Source: Frankiales bacterium (GTDB lineage: Bacteria; Actinomycetota; Actinomycetes; Mycobacteriales; SCTD01). Taken from it: DNA of 64,000 nucleotides. The stretch spans positions 1,069-65,068 of the forward strand of contig JAODNS010000136.1 of NCBI GenBank assembly GCA_025465145.1, read 5' to 3'. Each line of letters starts with the position of its first letter. The first letter of the stretch is position 1. The notes below the pieces were generated by a model, which did not search any database, was not told where the DNA came from, and worked only from the letters and a program-made list of their open reading frames with translations. Shown one piece after another: positions 25,607 through 34,515 of the stretch. The position numbers were made by a program, and so were the translations under genes.

Positions 25607-26343
25607 CCGCGGCGGTCCCGACGACGCCGGCCGCGCCTCCTCAGCACCGGGTGCGCACCGTCGTCGGGGCCCTCGTCGTCGCCCTCTTGCTGGTGTGGGG
25701 GGTCAACGGGTTCCAGGAGTACCGCAGCGTCGCGACGGCACGCGAGTACTGGTTGTCACCGCGCGGCGAGGCAGGCGGGATCGTGTACGTCGCGCTCGGC
25801 GACTCCACTGCACAGGGGGTGGGCGCCAGCCGCCCGGAGCGCGGCTACGTGGGCCGGCTGGCTGACGACCTGCGCCGCCGCACGAGGTCTTCCGTGCTGG
25901 TCGTCAACCTCAGCTCGAGCGGCGCGACGGTCTCCGACGTGCTGGCGGAGCAGGTGCCCCGGCTGCGCGCGCTGGACGCCGACGTCGTGACAGTGGCCGT
26001 GCGGGGCAACGACGTCCGCTCCTACGACGCGGCCGCCTTCCCGGACCAGGTGGAGAAGCTGGCCGGCGCACTGCCCGCAGGGGCCTTCGTCGCGGACGCG
26101 CCGTGGTTCATGCACGGGAAGTGGGAGCGACAGGCGCGCCTGGCCAGCGCCGCTCTCACCCGCAGCGCCAGCGCGCACGGGCTCCACGTCGTCCCGCTGC
26201 ACGACACGCTCGAGGCGCGCGGCTGGACCTCCATGCTGACCGACTTCGCCCCGGACTGGTTCCACCCGAACGACCGCGGCCACCGGGTGTGGGCCGAGGC
26301 GTTCTGGACGAGCATGTCCCCGAGCATCCTCAGCAGCGGCTGA
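25603..26343 (+). CDS. SGNH/GDSL-family hydrolase with N-terminal membrane anchor
   Basis: ORF 25129..26343(+), trimmed to GTG 25603 (GTGA overlap). TM VVGALVVALLLVW. Block I VALGDSTAQG, block III GNDV, block V WFHPNDRGH. Confidence 0.8.
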   Translation: MTAAVPTTPAAPPQHRVRTVVGALVVALLLVWGVNGFQEYRSVATAREYWLSPRGEAGGIVYVALGDSTAQGVGASRPERGYVGRLADDLRRRTRSSVLVVNLSSSGATVSDVLAEQVPRLRALDADVVTVAVRGNDVRSYDAAAFPDQVEKLAGALPAGAFVADAPWFMHGKWERQARLASAALTRSASAHGLHVVPLHDTLEARGWTSMLTDFAPDWFHPNDRGHRVWAEAFWTSMSPSILSSG

Positions 26344-26352
26344 CCGGACCCG

Positions 26353-26760
26353 TCACGCGGTGCCGGTGGGCCGCAGCTCGAACCAGACGGCCTTGCCGAC
26401 GCCGTGCTCGTCCTGGACCGGCTCGACGCCCCACGCGTCGCTCATCAGGTCGACGATCGTCAGCCCGCGCCCCGACTCGTCGCCCCCGCGTGCCTGTCGC
26501 TGCAGGGGGAGCACCGTCGACCCGTCGCGCACCCGCACCTTCAGCCCGCCGCCACCGTCGCACTCCACGGCCAGCAGGACTGGCGGCCTGCCGTACGACA
26601 CCGAGTTCGTGACCAGCTCGCTGATCAGCAGCAGGGCTGCCTCGAGGACCTGCGCGGCGTGCTCTGTGCAGTCGTTTTCCCGCGCGAACGCGCGCGCAGC
26701 CGCCGGCGCGGTGTCGTTGGCGGGCAGCAGGAGCTCTGCTCGCTCCGTCGTGTCGCACAT
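26353..26760 (-). CDS. RsbW-like anti-sigma-factor-type ATP-binding protein (HATPase_c_2)
   Basis: ORF 26353..27048(-), trimmed to the Met at codon 97 (MCDTTERAELLLPAND...). LLISELVTNSVSYG...GRGLTIVDLMSDAWGV. Confidence 0.7.
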   Translation of the reverse strand: MCDTTERAELLLPANDTAPAAARAFARENDCTEHAAQVLEAALLLISELVTNSVSYGRPPVLLAVECDGGGGLKVRVRDGSTVLPLQRQARGGDESGRGLTIVDLMSDAWGVEPVQDEHGVGKAVWFELRPTGTA

Positions 26761-26962
26761 GCCGCGGCACTCCCGGGTACGCCGTCGTCGGGTGCGGGCG
26801 GCTGACCTCCACGGTACGCGGTGCAGACCGAAGCAGCATGCGGAACAAGGAGCGCGCCGTCGCTGCAGCGGGTCGTGCTGCGGATCGACGTCGATCGGCT
26901 GCTGACAGGTACGTGGACGTCCAGGTATCTTGGTCCGACCGCCCGCCGCCCGAGGAGTTCCC

Positions 26963-29900
26963 GTGGACCTGCACGTACCCGTGCACCCGGTTCGTTTCGT
27001 CACCGCCGCCAGCCTGTTCGACGGGCACGACGCGGCCATCAACATCATGCGGCGGGTGCTGCAGGCGCAGGGCGCCGAGGTGGTTCACCTCGGCCACGAC
27101 AGGAGCGTCGAGGACGTCGTCACCGCGGCCGTGCAGGAGGACGTCCAGGGCGTGGCCGTCTCCTCGTACCAGGGCGGGCACGTCGAGTACTTCAGCTACC
27201 TGGTCGAGCGGCTGTGCGAGGTCGGTGCCGGCCACGTCAGGGTGTTCGGGGGCGGCGGCGGCGTCATCGTGCCGGAGGAGATCGCGCTGCTGAAGTCCCG
27301 GGGCGTCACCATCTTCGCGCCCGAGGACGGCCAGCGGCTGGGCCTCGCCGGCATGATCAACACCCTCGTCCGCGACTGCGACGTCGACCTCGCCAGCACC
27401 GCCCCCGACCTCACGGCGCTGCGGTCCGGCGACCCGGCCGCGCTGGCCCGCGCCATCACGGTGCTGGAGGCCGGTCGCTCGCCCGAGTTCGCGGCGGCCG
27501 TGCGCGAGGGCGCGCCGCAGGTGCCGGTCCTCGGCATCACCGGCACCGGCGGCTCCGGCAAGTCTTCCCTCACCGACGAGCTGCTCCGCCGGCTGCGGCT
27601 GGACCAGGAGGACAAGCTCCGCGTCGCCGTCCTCGCCATCGACCCGACCCGCCGACGCGGCGGCGGTGCGCTCCTCGGCGACCGCATCCGGATGAACTCG
27701 CTGGCCGGCGGCCACGTGTTCTTCCGCTCCATGGCCACGCGCGGCAGCACCGCCGTGCCGGAGAACCTCGCCGACGCAATCGCGGCCTGCAAGGCGTCCG
27801 GCGTCGACCTCGTCGTCGTGGAGACGCCGGGTGTCGGCCAGGGCGATGCGACCATCGGCGACTACTGCGACGTGTCCCTGTACGTGATGACAGCGGAGTA
27901 CGGCGCGGCGTCGCAGCTCGAGAAGATCGACATGCTCGACCACGCGGACGTCATCGCCATCAACAAGTTCGAGCGACGCGGCAGCGAGGACGCCCGGCGC
28001 GACGTCGCACGCCAGGTCGTGCGCAACCGGTCCGCGTTCGGCGCGCGCTGGGAGGACATGCCGGTCTTCGGCACCAGCGCCGCGCGCTTCCACGACGACG
28101 GCGTCACCGCGCTGTACCAGCACCTGCGCGGCCTGCTGGTCGAGAAGGGGCTGCAGGTGACGGAGGGCGTGCTGCCGCCCGTGGCGACGAAGACGTCCAC
28201 CGGCCTGACCAGCGTGCTGCCGTCCTCGCGCGAGCGGTACCTCGCCGAGATCAGCGAGACCGTCCGCAGCTACCACCGCACGACCGCCGAGCAGGCGGAG
28301 AAGGCCGAGCGGCGCCAGCACCTGACGTACGCGCGCGAGGTCGTCCAGGAGGCGGCCGAGATCGACCGGCTGCTGGTCGACGTCGCCCTCGCGCCGGACG
28401 TCGAGCAGCTGCTCGCGCAGTGGCCGGCACGCGTCGAGGAGTATTCCGGCGAGGAACTCGTCTACACGGTGCGTGGCAAGGAGATCCGCACCGCGCTGCG
28501 GCGCACGACCCTGTCCGGCAGCACCGTCTCGCGGGTGTCGCTGCCCCGGCTGACCGGCCACGCCGACCTCGTGCGCCATCTGCGCAGCGAGAACCTGCCG
28601 GGCTATTTCCCTTACACAGCAGGCGTCTTCCCGTTCAAGCGCGAGGGCGAGGCCCCGGCCCGCATGTTCGCCGGCGAGGGCGACGCGTTCCGCACCAACA
28701 AGCGCTTCAAGGTGCTGTCCGGCAGCAGCCCGGCGACGCGCCTGTCGACCGCGTTCGACTCCGTCACGCTGTACGGCCGCGACCCCGACCTACGCCCCGA
28801 CATCTACGGCAAGGTTGGCACGTCCGGCGTCTCGATCGCGACGCTGGACGACATGAAGGTCCTGTACGACGGCTTCGACCTGTGCTCGCCGACCACGTCG
28901 GTGTCGATGACCATCAACGGCCCGGCGCCCGCGATCCTGGCGATGTTCCTCAACACGGCCATCGACCAGCGGCTCGCGGAGCAGCCCGACGCCGACCCGG
29001 CGGAGGTCCGTCGATGGGTGCTGTCGAACGTGCGCGGGACCGTGCAGGCCGACATCCTCAAGGAGGACCAGGGCCAGAACACGTGCATCTTCTCGACCGA
29101 GTTCGCGCTGCGTGCCATGGCCGACATCCAGCAGTGGTTCGTCGACCACGAGGTGCGCAACTTCTACTCGGTCAGCATCTCCGGCTACCACATCGCCGAG
29201 GCCGGGGCGAACCCGATCAGCCAGCTGGCCTTCACCCTGGCCAACGGGTTCACCTACGTCGAGGCCTATCTCGCGCGCGGCATGACCATCGACGACTTCG
29301 CGCCGAACCTGTCCTTCTTCTTCTCCAACGGCATGGACGCGGAGTACACCGTGCTCGGCCGGGTGGCCCGCCGCATCTGGGCCATCGCGATGCGGGACCG
29401 CTACGGCGCGTCCGAGCGCTCGCAGAAGCTGAAGTACCACGTGCAGACGTCTGGTCGTTCCCTGCACGCGCAGGAGATGGACTTCAACGACATCCGCACG
29501 ACGCTGCAGGCGCTCTGCGCGCTGTACGACAACGCCAACAGCCTGCACACCAACGCCTACGACGAGGCCGTCACGACGCCGACGACCGAGTCAGTCCGGC
29601 GAGCCCTCGCGATCCAGATGATCATCGACCAGGAGTGGGGCCTGTCGAGCAACGAGAACCCGCTGCAGGGCTCGTTCATCGCGCAGGAGCTGACCGACCT
29701 GGTCGAGGCAGCGGTGCTGGCCGAGTTCGACGCCATCGCCGCGCGCGGCGGCGTCCTCGGCGCCATGGAGACCGGCTACCAGCGCGGGCGCATCCAGGAC
29801 GAGTCGATGCTGTACGAGCACAAGAAGCACGACGGCTCGCTCCCGATCATCGGCGTCAACACCTTCCTCGCCGAGAGGACGGACGAGGAGCCGGCGACCG

Positions 29901-30133
29901 TGGAGCTCGCCCGCGCGACCGAGGCGGAGAAGCAGTCGCAGCTGGACCGGCTGCAGGCGTTCCAGGCCGCGCACGCGCACGAGGCGTCGGCGGCGCTGGA
30001 CACGCTGCGGCAGGCGGCGACCAGCGGCGGCAACGTGTTCGACGCGCTCATGGACGCCGTCCGCTGCTGCTCCCTGGGGCAGATCAGCGAGGCGTTCTTC
30101 GAGGTCGGCGGCCAGTACCGCCGGAACGTCTAG
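26963..30133 (+). CDS. icmF: fused isobutyryl-CoA mutase (B12-binding domain + MeaB-like G-protein + mutase barrel)
   Basis: ORF 26930..30133(+). Start set to GTG 26963, 5 nt after GAGGAG. HPVRFVTAASLFDGHDAAINIMRRVLQ, P-loop GITGTGGSGKSS, FPYTAGVFPFKR, STAFDSVTLYG, HTNAYDEA. About 1056 aa. Confidence 0.9.
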   Translation: MDLHVPVHPVRFVTAASLFDGHDAAINIMRRVLQAQGAEVVHLGHDRSVEDVVTAAVQEDVQGVAVSSYQGGHVEYFSYLVERLCEVGAGHVRVFGGGGGVIVPEEIALLKSRGVTIFAPEDGQRLGLAGMINTLVRDCDVDLASTAPDLTALRSGDPAALARAITVLEAGRSPEFAAAVREGAPQVPVLGITGTGGSGKSSLTDELLRRLRLDQEDKLRVAVLAIDPTRRRGGGALLGDRIRMNSLAGGHVFFRSMATRGSTAVPENLADAIAACKASGVDLVVVETPGVGQGDATIGDYCDVSLYVMTAEYGAASQLEKIDMLDHADVIAINKFERRGSEDARRDVARQVVRNRSAFGARWEDMPVFGTSAARFHDDGVTALYQHLRGLLVEKGLQVTEGVLPPVATKTSTGLTSVLPSSRERYLAEISETVRSYHRTTAEQAEKAERRQHLTYAREVVQEAAEIDRLLVDVALAPDVEQLLAQWPARVEEYSGEELVYTVRGKEIRTALRRTTLSGSTVSRVSLPRLTGHADLVRHLRSENLPGYFPYTAGVFPFKREGEAPARMFAGEGDAFRTNKRFKVLSGSSPATRLSTAFDSVTLYGRDPDLRPDIYGKVGTSGVSIATLDDMKVLYDGFDLCSPTTSVSMTINGPAPAILAMFLNTAIDQRLAEQPDADPAEVRRWVLSNVRGTVQADILKEDQGQNTCIFSTEFALRAMADIQQWFVDHEVRNFYSVSISGYHIAEAGANPISQLAFTLANGFTYVEAYLARGMTIDDFAPNLSFFFSNGMDAEYTVLGRVARRIWAIAMRDRYGASERSQKLKYHVQTSGRSLHAQEMDFNDIRTTLQALCALYDNANSLHTNAYDEAVTTPTTESVRRALAIQMIIDQEWGLSSNENPLQGSFIAQELTDLVEAAVLAEFDAIAARGGVLGAMETGYQRGRIQDESMLYEHKKHDGSLPIIGVNTFLAERTDEEPATVELARATEAEKQSQLDRLQAFQAAHAHEASAALDTLRQAATSGGNVFDALMDAVRCCSLGQISEAFFEVGGQYRRNV

Positions 30134-30136
30134 GCC

Positions 30137-30652
30137 GTGGACCTGCCCTTCGACCCCGTCGAGGAGGCCCGCCGGCACTGGCGCGAGCACGGCTGGGCGG
30201 AGGCGGCCGACGGCATGGCCGCCGTCACGTCCGTGATGCGGGCGCACCAGCTGATGCAGGCGCGGGTCGACGAGGTGCTGCGGCCGCTCGGCCTCACGTT
30301 CGCCCGCTACGAGCTGCTGATGCTGCTGCACTTCAGCAGCTCCGGCGCGCTGCCGGTGACCAAGGCGAGTCGCCGGCTGCAGGTGCACCCGACCAGCGTC
30401 ACGAACGCCGTCGACCGGCTCGAGGCGGCCGCCCTCGTCGTGCGGCGGCCGCACCCGACCGACGGCCGCGGCACGCTCATCGCCATCACCGCAGCCGGTC
30501 GGCGGCTCGCGCTCACCTGCACCGCGCGGCTGAACGACGAGGTCTTCAGCCGGCCCGGTCTGCCGCCGGACCAGGTGGAGGTGCTGGTCGAGGTCGTTGC
30601 CGACCTGCGCGAGCGGGCCGGCGACTTCCGGACGGCGGAGCGGGCCGGCTGA
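30137..30652 (+). CDS. MarR-family transcriptional regulator
   Basis: ORF 30137..30652(+). LGLTFARYELLMLL...LQVHPTSVTNAVDRLEAAALVVRRPHPTDGRGTLIAIT. Starts 3 nt after the icmF stop. Confidence 0.85.
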   Translation: MDLPFDPVEEARRHWREHGWAEAADGMAAVTSVMRAHQLMQARVDEVLRPLGLTFARYELLMLLHFSSSGALPVTKASRRLQVHPTSVTNAVDRLEAAALVVRRPHPTDGRGTLIAITAAGRRLALTCTARLNDEVFSRPGLPPDQVEVLVEVVADLRERAGDFRTAERAG

Positions 30653-30656
30653 GCCG

Positions 30657-30944
30657 TCAGATCTGGACGGGGTACGTCTCGATGACGGGTGGGCCGGCCA
30701 GCAGCTCGTCGGCCCGCCCGAGCAGCTCGACGAGGTGCGGCGTGCCGAAGTGCGCGTCGAGCGCCGCCTGGTCCCGCCAGGTCTCCACGGACAGGTAGCG
30801 GTCCTCGTCCTCGAGGTCGCGAGCAAAGGCGTAGGACAGGCACCCCTCCTCGTCGCGCGAGGCGGCGGCGGCCTTGGTCAGGGCCGCCGCGATCTCCGCC
30901 CGCTTGTCGGGACGGCCGGGCAGGGTGGCGAGGACGACGAGCAC
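30657..30944 (-). CDS. antibiotic-biosynthesis-monooxygenase (ABM) domain protein
   Basis: ORF 30657..31067(-), trimmed to GTG 30944 (GGAG 5 nt upstream). VLVVLATLPGRPDKRAEI...EGCLSYAFARDLEDEDRYLSVETWRDQAALDAHFGTPH. About 95 aa. Confidence 0.7.
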   Translation of the reverse strand: MLVVLATLPGRPDKRAEIAAALTKAAAASRDEEGCLSYAFARDLEDEDRYLSVETWRDQAALDAHFGTPHLVELLGRADELLAGPPVIETYPVQI

Positions 30945-31164
30945 AGCAGCTCCAGGGCCAGGGTGGAGCGGCAGTGCGTCAGGCGCTGCGGCGCGCGCAA
31001 CCGCGGGCGCGGCGCAGCAGGCGGTCCTCGTACGACCCGACGCTGTAGCCGGTCGAGGGGTGATCACCCACGGCCTGTACTCGGTGCCACGCGCAACCCC
31101 AGCAGCCAGCAGCGCAGCCGGGTCCGGCGAGGAGGGACGAGCATCCGCACATCCGTCCCCGCGG

Positions 31165-34100
31165 TCAGGGGCCGACGCCGCCGCGGAGCTGCGGGTACGC
31201 CAGGTCGCTGATCACACGCGCGACGCTGGCCCGGTGCCAGCGCAGGCCCTGCGGCGTGCGGAAGCCGGCCGCGTTCAGCGCGGAGGCGATCGTCGCCAGC
31301 GAGGCGCCGTTCCCGTGCATGCGGACGAGCTCATCGCGTCCGTGCTGCGGCGTCACCTCCTCGCGCCGGCGCCGACCAGCGGGGGCGGCCGCCGGGACGT
31401 CGGTGCTGACGACGAACCGCCGGTCGGGCAGGGCGGCGACGAGGTCGACGAGGTCGTCCACCAGCCGCGCCGGGCTCCACAGGAAGCCCTGTCCGGACGT
31501 GCAGCCGAGTCGGCGCAGCAGCGCGAGCTGCTCCGGCGTCTCCACCCCCTCCGCCGTGGTGCGCAGGCCGAGGGTGCGACCGAGGTCGGCGATCGCGGCC
31601 GCGATGGCGAACGCGTCCGGGTCTTCGGTGAGGGCGAGGACGAAGCTCCGGTCGATCTTCATCGTCTGCACGGGCAGCTGGTTGAGGTACGCCAGCGAGC
31701 TGTAGCCGGTGCCGAAGTCGTCGATCGCGATCGAGACGCCGTGCGCCCGCAGCCGCTCCAGCGAGGCCTTCGCCACCTCCGGGTGCGCCATCAGGGTCGT
31801 CTCGGTGACCTCCAGCACGAGCGCCTCGGGAGCGACGTTGCGGCGCGTCACCGCGGCCACCACCTGCTCCTCGAGCCGGCGCTCCCCGAGGTTCGCCGCC
31901 GTGATGTTGACGCCGATGGTCACGTCGGCACCGAGCCCGGCCCGCAACTGCGCCACGTCGGCGCAGGCGCGGTCCAGCGCCCATGCGTCCAGCGCCGGTG
32001 CCTGCCCGGTCAGCTCGGCCACCCGCACGAACCTCGAGGGTGCCACCGGACCGCGTCCGGCGTGGTCCCACCGCGCCAGCCCCTCGACACCGACGACGAC
32101 GCCGGACGTGAGGTCGACGATCGGCTGGTACTGCAGGCGGAGCGTGCCGGCTCCGAGCGCCTCGCGCAGGTCGTTGCCCAGCACGAGCCGGTCAGCGGCC
32201 GCCTCGGCGAGCTCCTGGCCGAACAGCTGCGCGCGGTTGCGCCCGCGGGCCTTCGCGTCGTACATGGCCGCGTCGGCAAACCGGACGAGGTGGTCGGGGC
32301 ACTCGGGAGGTGACATGGCGATGCCGACGCTGACGCCGACGTAGGTGGCGTGGCCGTCCACCTCACCGCGCTCTCCGACGGCCGCGATGAGCCGTTCCGC
32401 GAGGGCGAGCACCTCCGCCTCGTCGAGCCCCTCGCACACGACGACGAACTCGTCACCGCCGAAGCGGGCGACGGTGTCGGACGGTCGTACCGCTGCGGCC
32501 AGCCGGTCGGCCACGGTCTGCAGGAGCTGGTCGCCCGCCGCGTGACCCCAGGTGTCGTTGACGAGCTTGAAGTCGTCCAGGTCGAGCAGCAGGACGGCCA
32601 CCGGGGCGGAGTCCTCCGCGCCCCGCGCCAGCGCCTGGTCGAGGCGGTCCAGCAGCAGCGCGCGGTTCGGCAGTCCGGTGAGCTCGTCGTACAGCGCGCG
32701 GTGGCGGAGCTCTGCCTCGATCCGCCGTACTTCCGTCACGTCGCTGACCATGGCTAGCCAGCCGCTCCCGCCGGCGTGCTGCAGCACGCTGACGGCCACG
32801 TGCAGGCGGCGGTCCGTCCCGTCGGGGTGGCGGTAGCCGAGCTCGTGCTTGTCCGGTCCGCTGCCCGACGCACCGGTCAGGACAGCGTGTCGAAGCGTGT
32901 CCGGGTCGTCAGGCGCCAGCAGGAGCGACGGCGTCGTGTCGTCGAGCACGTCGCGCTCCACCCCGAGGATGCGCAGCAGCTCGTCGTTGGCGAAGAGCGT
33001 GCCGCCGGCGGCGTCGATCGCCCAGATCCCCTCCTGCGCGGTCGCGGCGATGTTGCGGAACCACTCCTCGGACGCCTTCAGCGCCTGCTCGGACTCGACC
33101 CGCGCGGCGATGTCGCGGCCGAGGCAGACGATGCCGCCGATGGCGGGCTCGCCGAGCCGGTTGGTGAGGACCTCCTCGTACCAGACCCAGCGCCCGTCGG
33201 CGTGCCGGATGCGCAGCTGCACAGCCTCCCGTCGCCCCGGCTCGGCGACAACCCGTTCCATGGCCGCAGCCACGGCCGGTACGTCGTCGGGGTGGGCGAA
33301 GGACCAGCCGGACCGCCCGACGACGTCCGCCACGTCGTAGCCCAGCGCCGCCGGCACCGCTGCCGACGCGTAGAGCAGCTCTCCTGCGACGTCGACGACC
33401 ACCAGCCAGTCGGAGGCGTGCGCCATCAGCGCCTCGTGGCGGTCGGTGACCGCCTGCAGTCGCTCCTCCGCGGCGCGCAGCTGCGTCAGGTCCTGCACGA
33501 AGCAGGCGATCGACTCCGGGCTGCCGTCCGCGGCGCGCACCAGCGTCGCGTTGACGAAGACGGGCAGCGCGGTCCCGTCCGGCAGCTGGAAGACGCGCTC
33601 CCACTGGTCGGTGTCGCGTCCGCCGCTGAGGAGCTCGACGCCGCGCAGCTGCCCGTGCCGCTCATCCGACGGGTGGTGCAAGTGCTCCGTGGTGCGAGCG
33701 AGCAGGTCTTCGCGGGGTCGGCCCAGCAGCTGGCACAGCGCGTCGTTGACCGCCACGCAGCGCAGGTCGAGCCCGAAGATCGCTTGCGGCAGGGCGGCCT
33801 GCTCGAACCGGGCGCGGAACCTGCGCTCGCTCGCGCCGAGCTCGGCCTCGACCGCGCGGACCCGGCTCAGGTCGGAGGACACCCCGAGAAGGCCGACGAG
33901 CTCGCCGCTGTCGTCGCGAACGGCGGAGCTGGTGACATGCACCGGGAAGACGCGCCTCGCCTTGTCGTGGACCGTCCACGCGCCGCTGTAGACCTTGCCG
34001 CCGACGAGCCGAGCCGCTTCCTCCCGGGCGGACGCGTGCCCGTCCGACGGGATGACGAGGTCGCGCAGCACGCGACCGACCGCCTCGTCGGCGCGGTAGC

Positions 34101-34257
34101 CGTACAGCTGCTCCGCTGCGGCGTTCCACAGCAGGACGACCCCGTCCAGGTCCGTGAGGACGGCCGCCTGCCCCATGCTCGCGAGGGCGGCAGCGGCGAG
34201 CGCGTCGGACAGAGCGGTGGTGTTCAGGAGGTCTCCTCGTACGGGCGGTTCGTCCAT
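31165..34257 (-). CDS. multi-PAS GGDEF-EAL c-di-GMP turnover protein with C-terminal recombinase-like HTH tail
   Basis: ORF 31165..34257(-). At least four PAS-like repeats. GGDEF domain (LTGLPNR...RFGGDEFVV). EAL domain (LQYQPIV...VEGLARW...LEVTETT...IDDFGTGYSSL...KIDRSF). 65-aa tail ELVRMHGNGASLATIASALNAAGFRTPQGLRWHRASVARVI. Confidence 0.9.
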   Translation of the reverse strand: MDEPPVRGDLLNTTALSDALAAAALASMGQAAVLTDLDGVVLLWNAAAEQLYGYRADEAVGRVLRDLVIPSDGHASAREEAARLVGGKVYSGAWTVHDKARRVFPVHVTSSAVRDDSGELVGLLGVSSDLSRVRAVEAELGASERRFRARFEQAALPQAIFGLDLRCVAVNDALCQLLGRPREDLLARTTEHLHHPSDERHGQLRGVELLSGGRDTDQWERVFQLPDGTALPVFVNATLVRAADGSPESIACFVQDLTQLRAAEERLQAVTDRHEALMAHASDWLVVVDVAGELLYASAAVPAALGYDVADVVGRSGWSFAHPDDVPAVAAAMERVVAEPGRREAVQLRIRHADGRWVWYEEVLTNRLGEPAIGGIVCLGRDIAARVESEQALKASEEWFRNIAATAQEGIWAIDAAGGTLFANDELLRILGVERDVLDDTTPSLLLAPDDPDTLRHAVLTGASGSGPDKHELGYRHPDGTDRRLHVAVSVLQHAGGSGWLAMVSDVTEVRRIEAELRHRALYDELTGLPNRALLLDRLDQALARGAEDSAPVAVLLLDLDDFKLVNDTWGHAAGDQLLQTVADRLAAAVRPSDTVARFGGDEFVVVCEGLDEAEVLALAERLIAAVGERGEVDGHATYVGVSVGIAMSPPECPDHLVRFADAAMYDAKARGRNRAQLFGQELAEAAADRLVLGNDLREALGAGTLRLQYQPIVDLTSGVVVGVEGLARWDHAGRGPVAPSRFVRVAELTGQAPALDAWALDRACADVAQLRAGLGADVTIGVNITAANLGERRLEEQVVAAVTRRNVAPEALVLEVTETTLMAHPEVAKASLERLRAHGVSIAIDDFGTGYSSLAYLNQLPVQTMKIDRSFVLALTEDPDAFAIAAAIADLGRTLGLRTTAEGVETPEQLALLRRLGCTSGQGFLWSPARLVDDLVDLVAALPDRRFVVSTDVPAAAPAGRRRREEVTPQHGRDELVRMHGNGASLATIASALNAAGFRTPQGLRWHRASVARVISDLAYPQLRGGVGP

Positions 34258-34515
34258 CGTGCACCGCTTCCGGCCGGTCCGTGGCCTTACCGATGAGTAG
34301 CTCCACGAGCAGTCCGACGGGAGTGGCCGGGGCCATCCCGGCGGCCGCGGACACGGCCCGAGGGGCTGTTCGCCTCCAGCGGAGCCGGCATCCGTCGATG
34401 CCCCCTCCGTCGGCCTCTGCCCAGCGACCGCAACGGAGCACCGCGGTGCCGTGCGCGGTCAGGTCAACGGCGGGCAGGCCGAGCGACGCCGGCGGTCGCG
34501 CCGCCGCCTGATCAG

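Noticed and set aside
26330-28579. 749-aa ORF on the minus strand
   Set aside because: It is antisense to the well-supported icmF gene. The translation is Arg/Ala/Gly/Pro-rich with no motifs. Long antisense ORFs are expected in stop-codon-poor high-GC DNA. The same reasoning applies to 26821..30798(+), 29591..30826(-), 22873..24228(-), 42449..43975(-), 45348..46856(-), 46918..48291(-), 49251..50369(-), 56677..58728(-), 62086..63909(+) and similar entries.
34258-34515. Cobalamin riboswitch between the B12-binding gene and the GGDEF-EAL gene (the 26761..26962 region upstream of icmF was also checked)
   Set aside because: I could not find the conserved core elements as I remember them (GCCACTG B12-box core with flanking pairing, AGGGAA, GGTG...AA...CCGG). 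Only a GCCACT hexamer is present. This needs a covariance-model scan before any claim.
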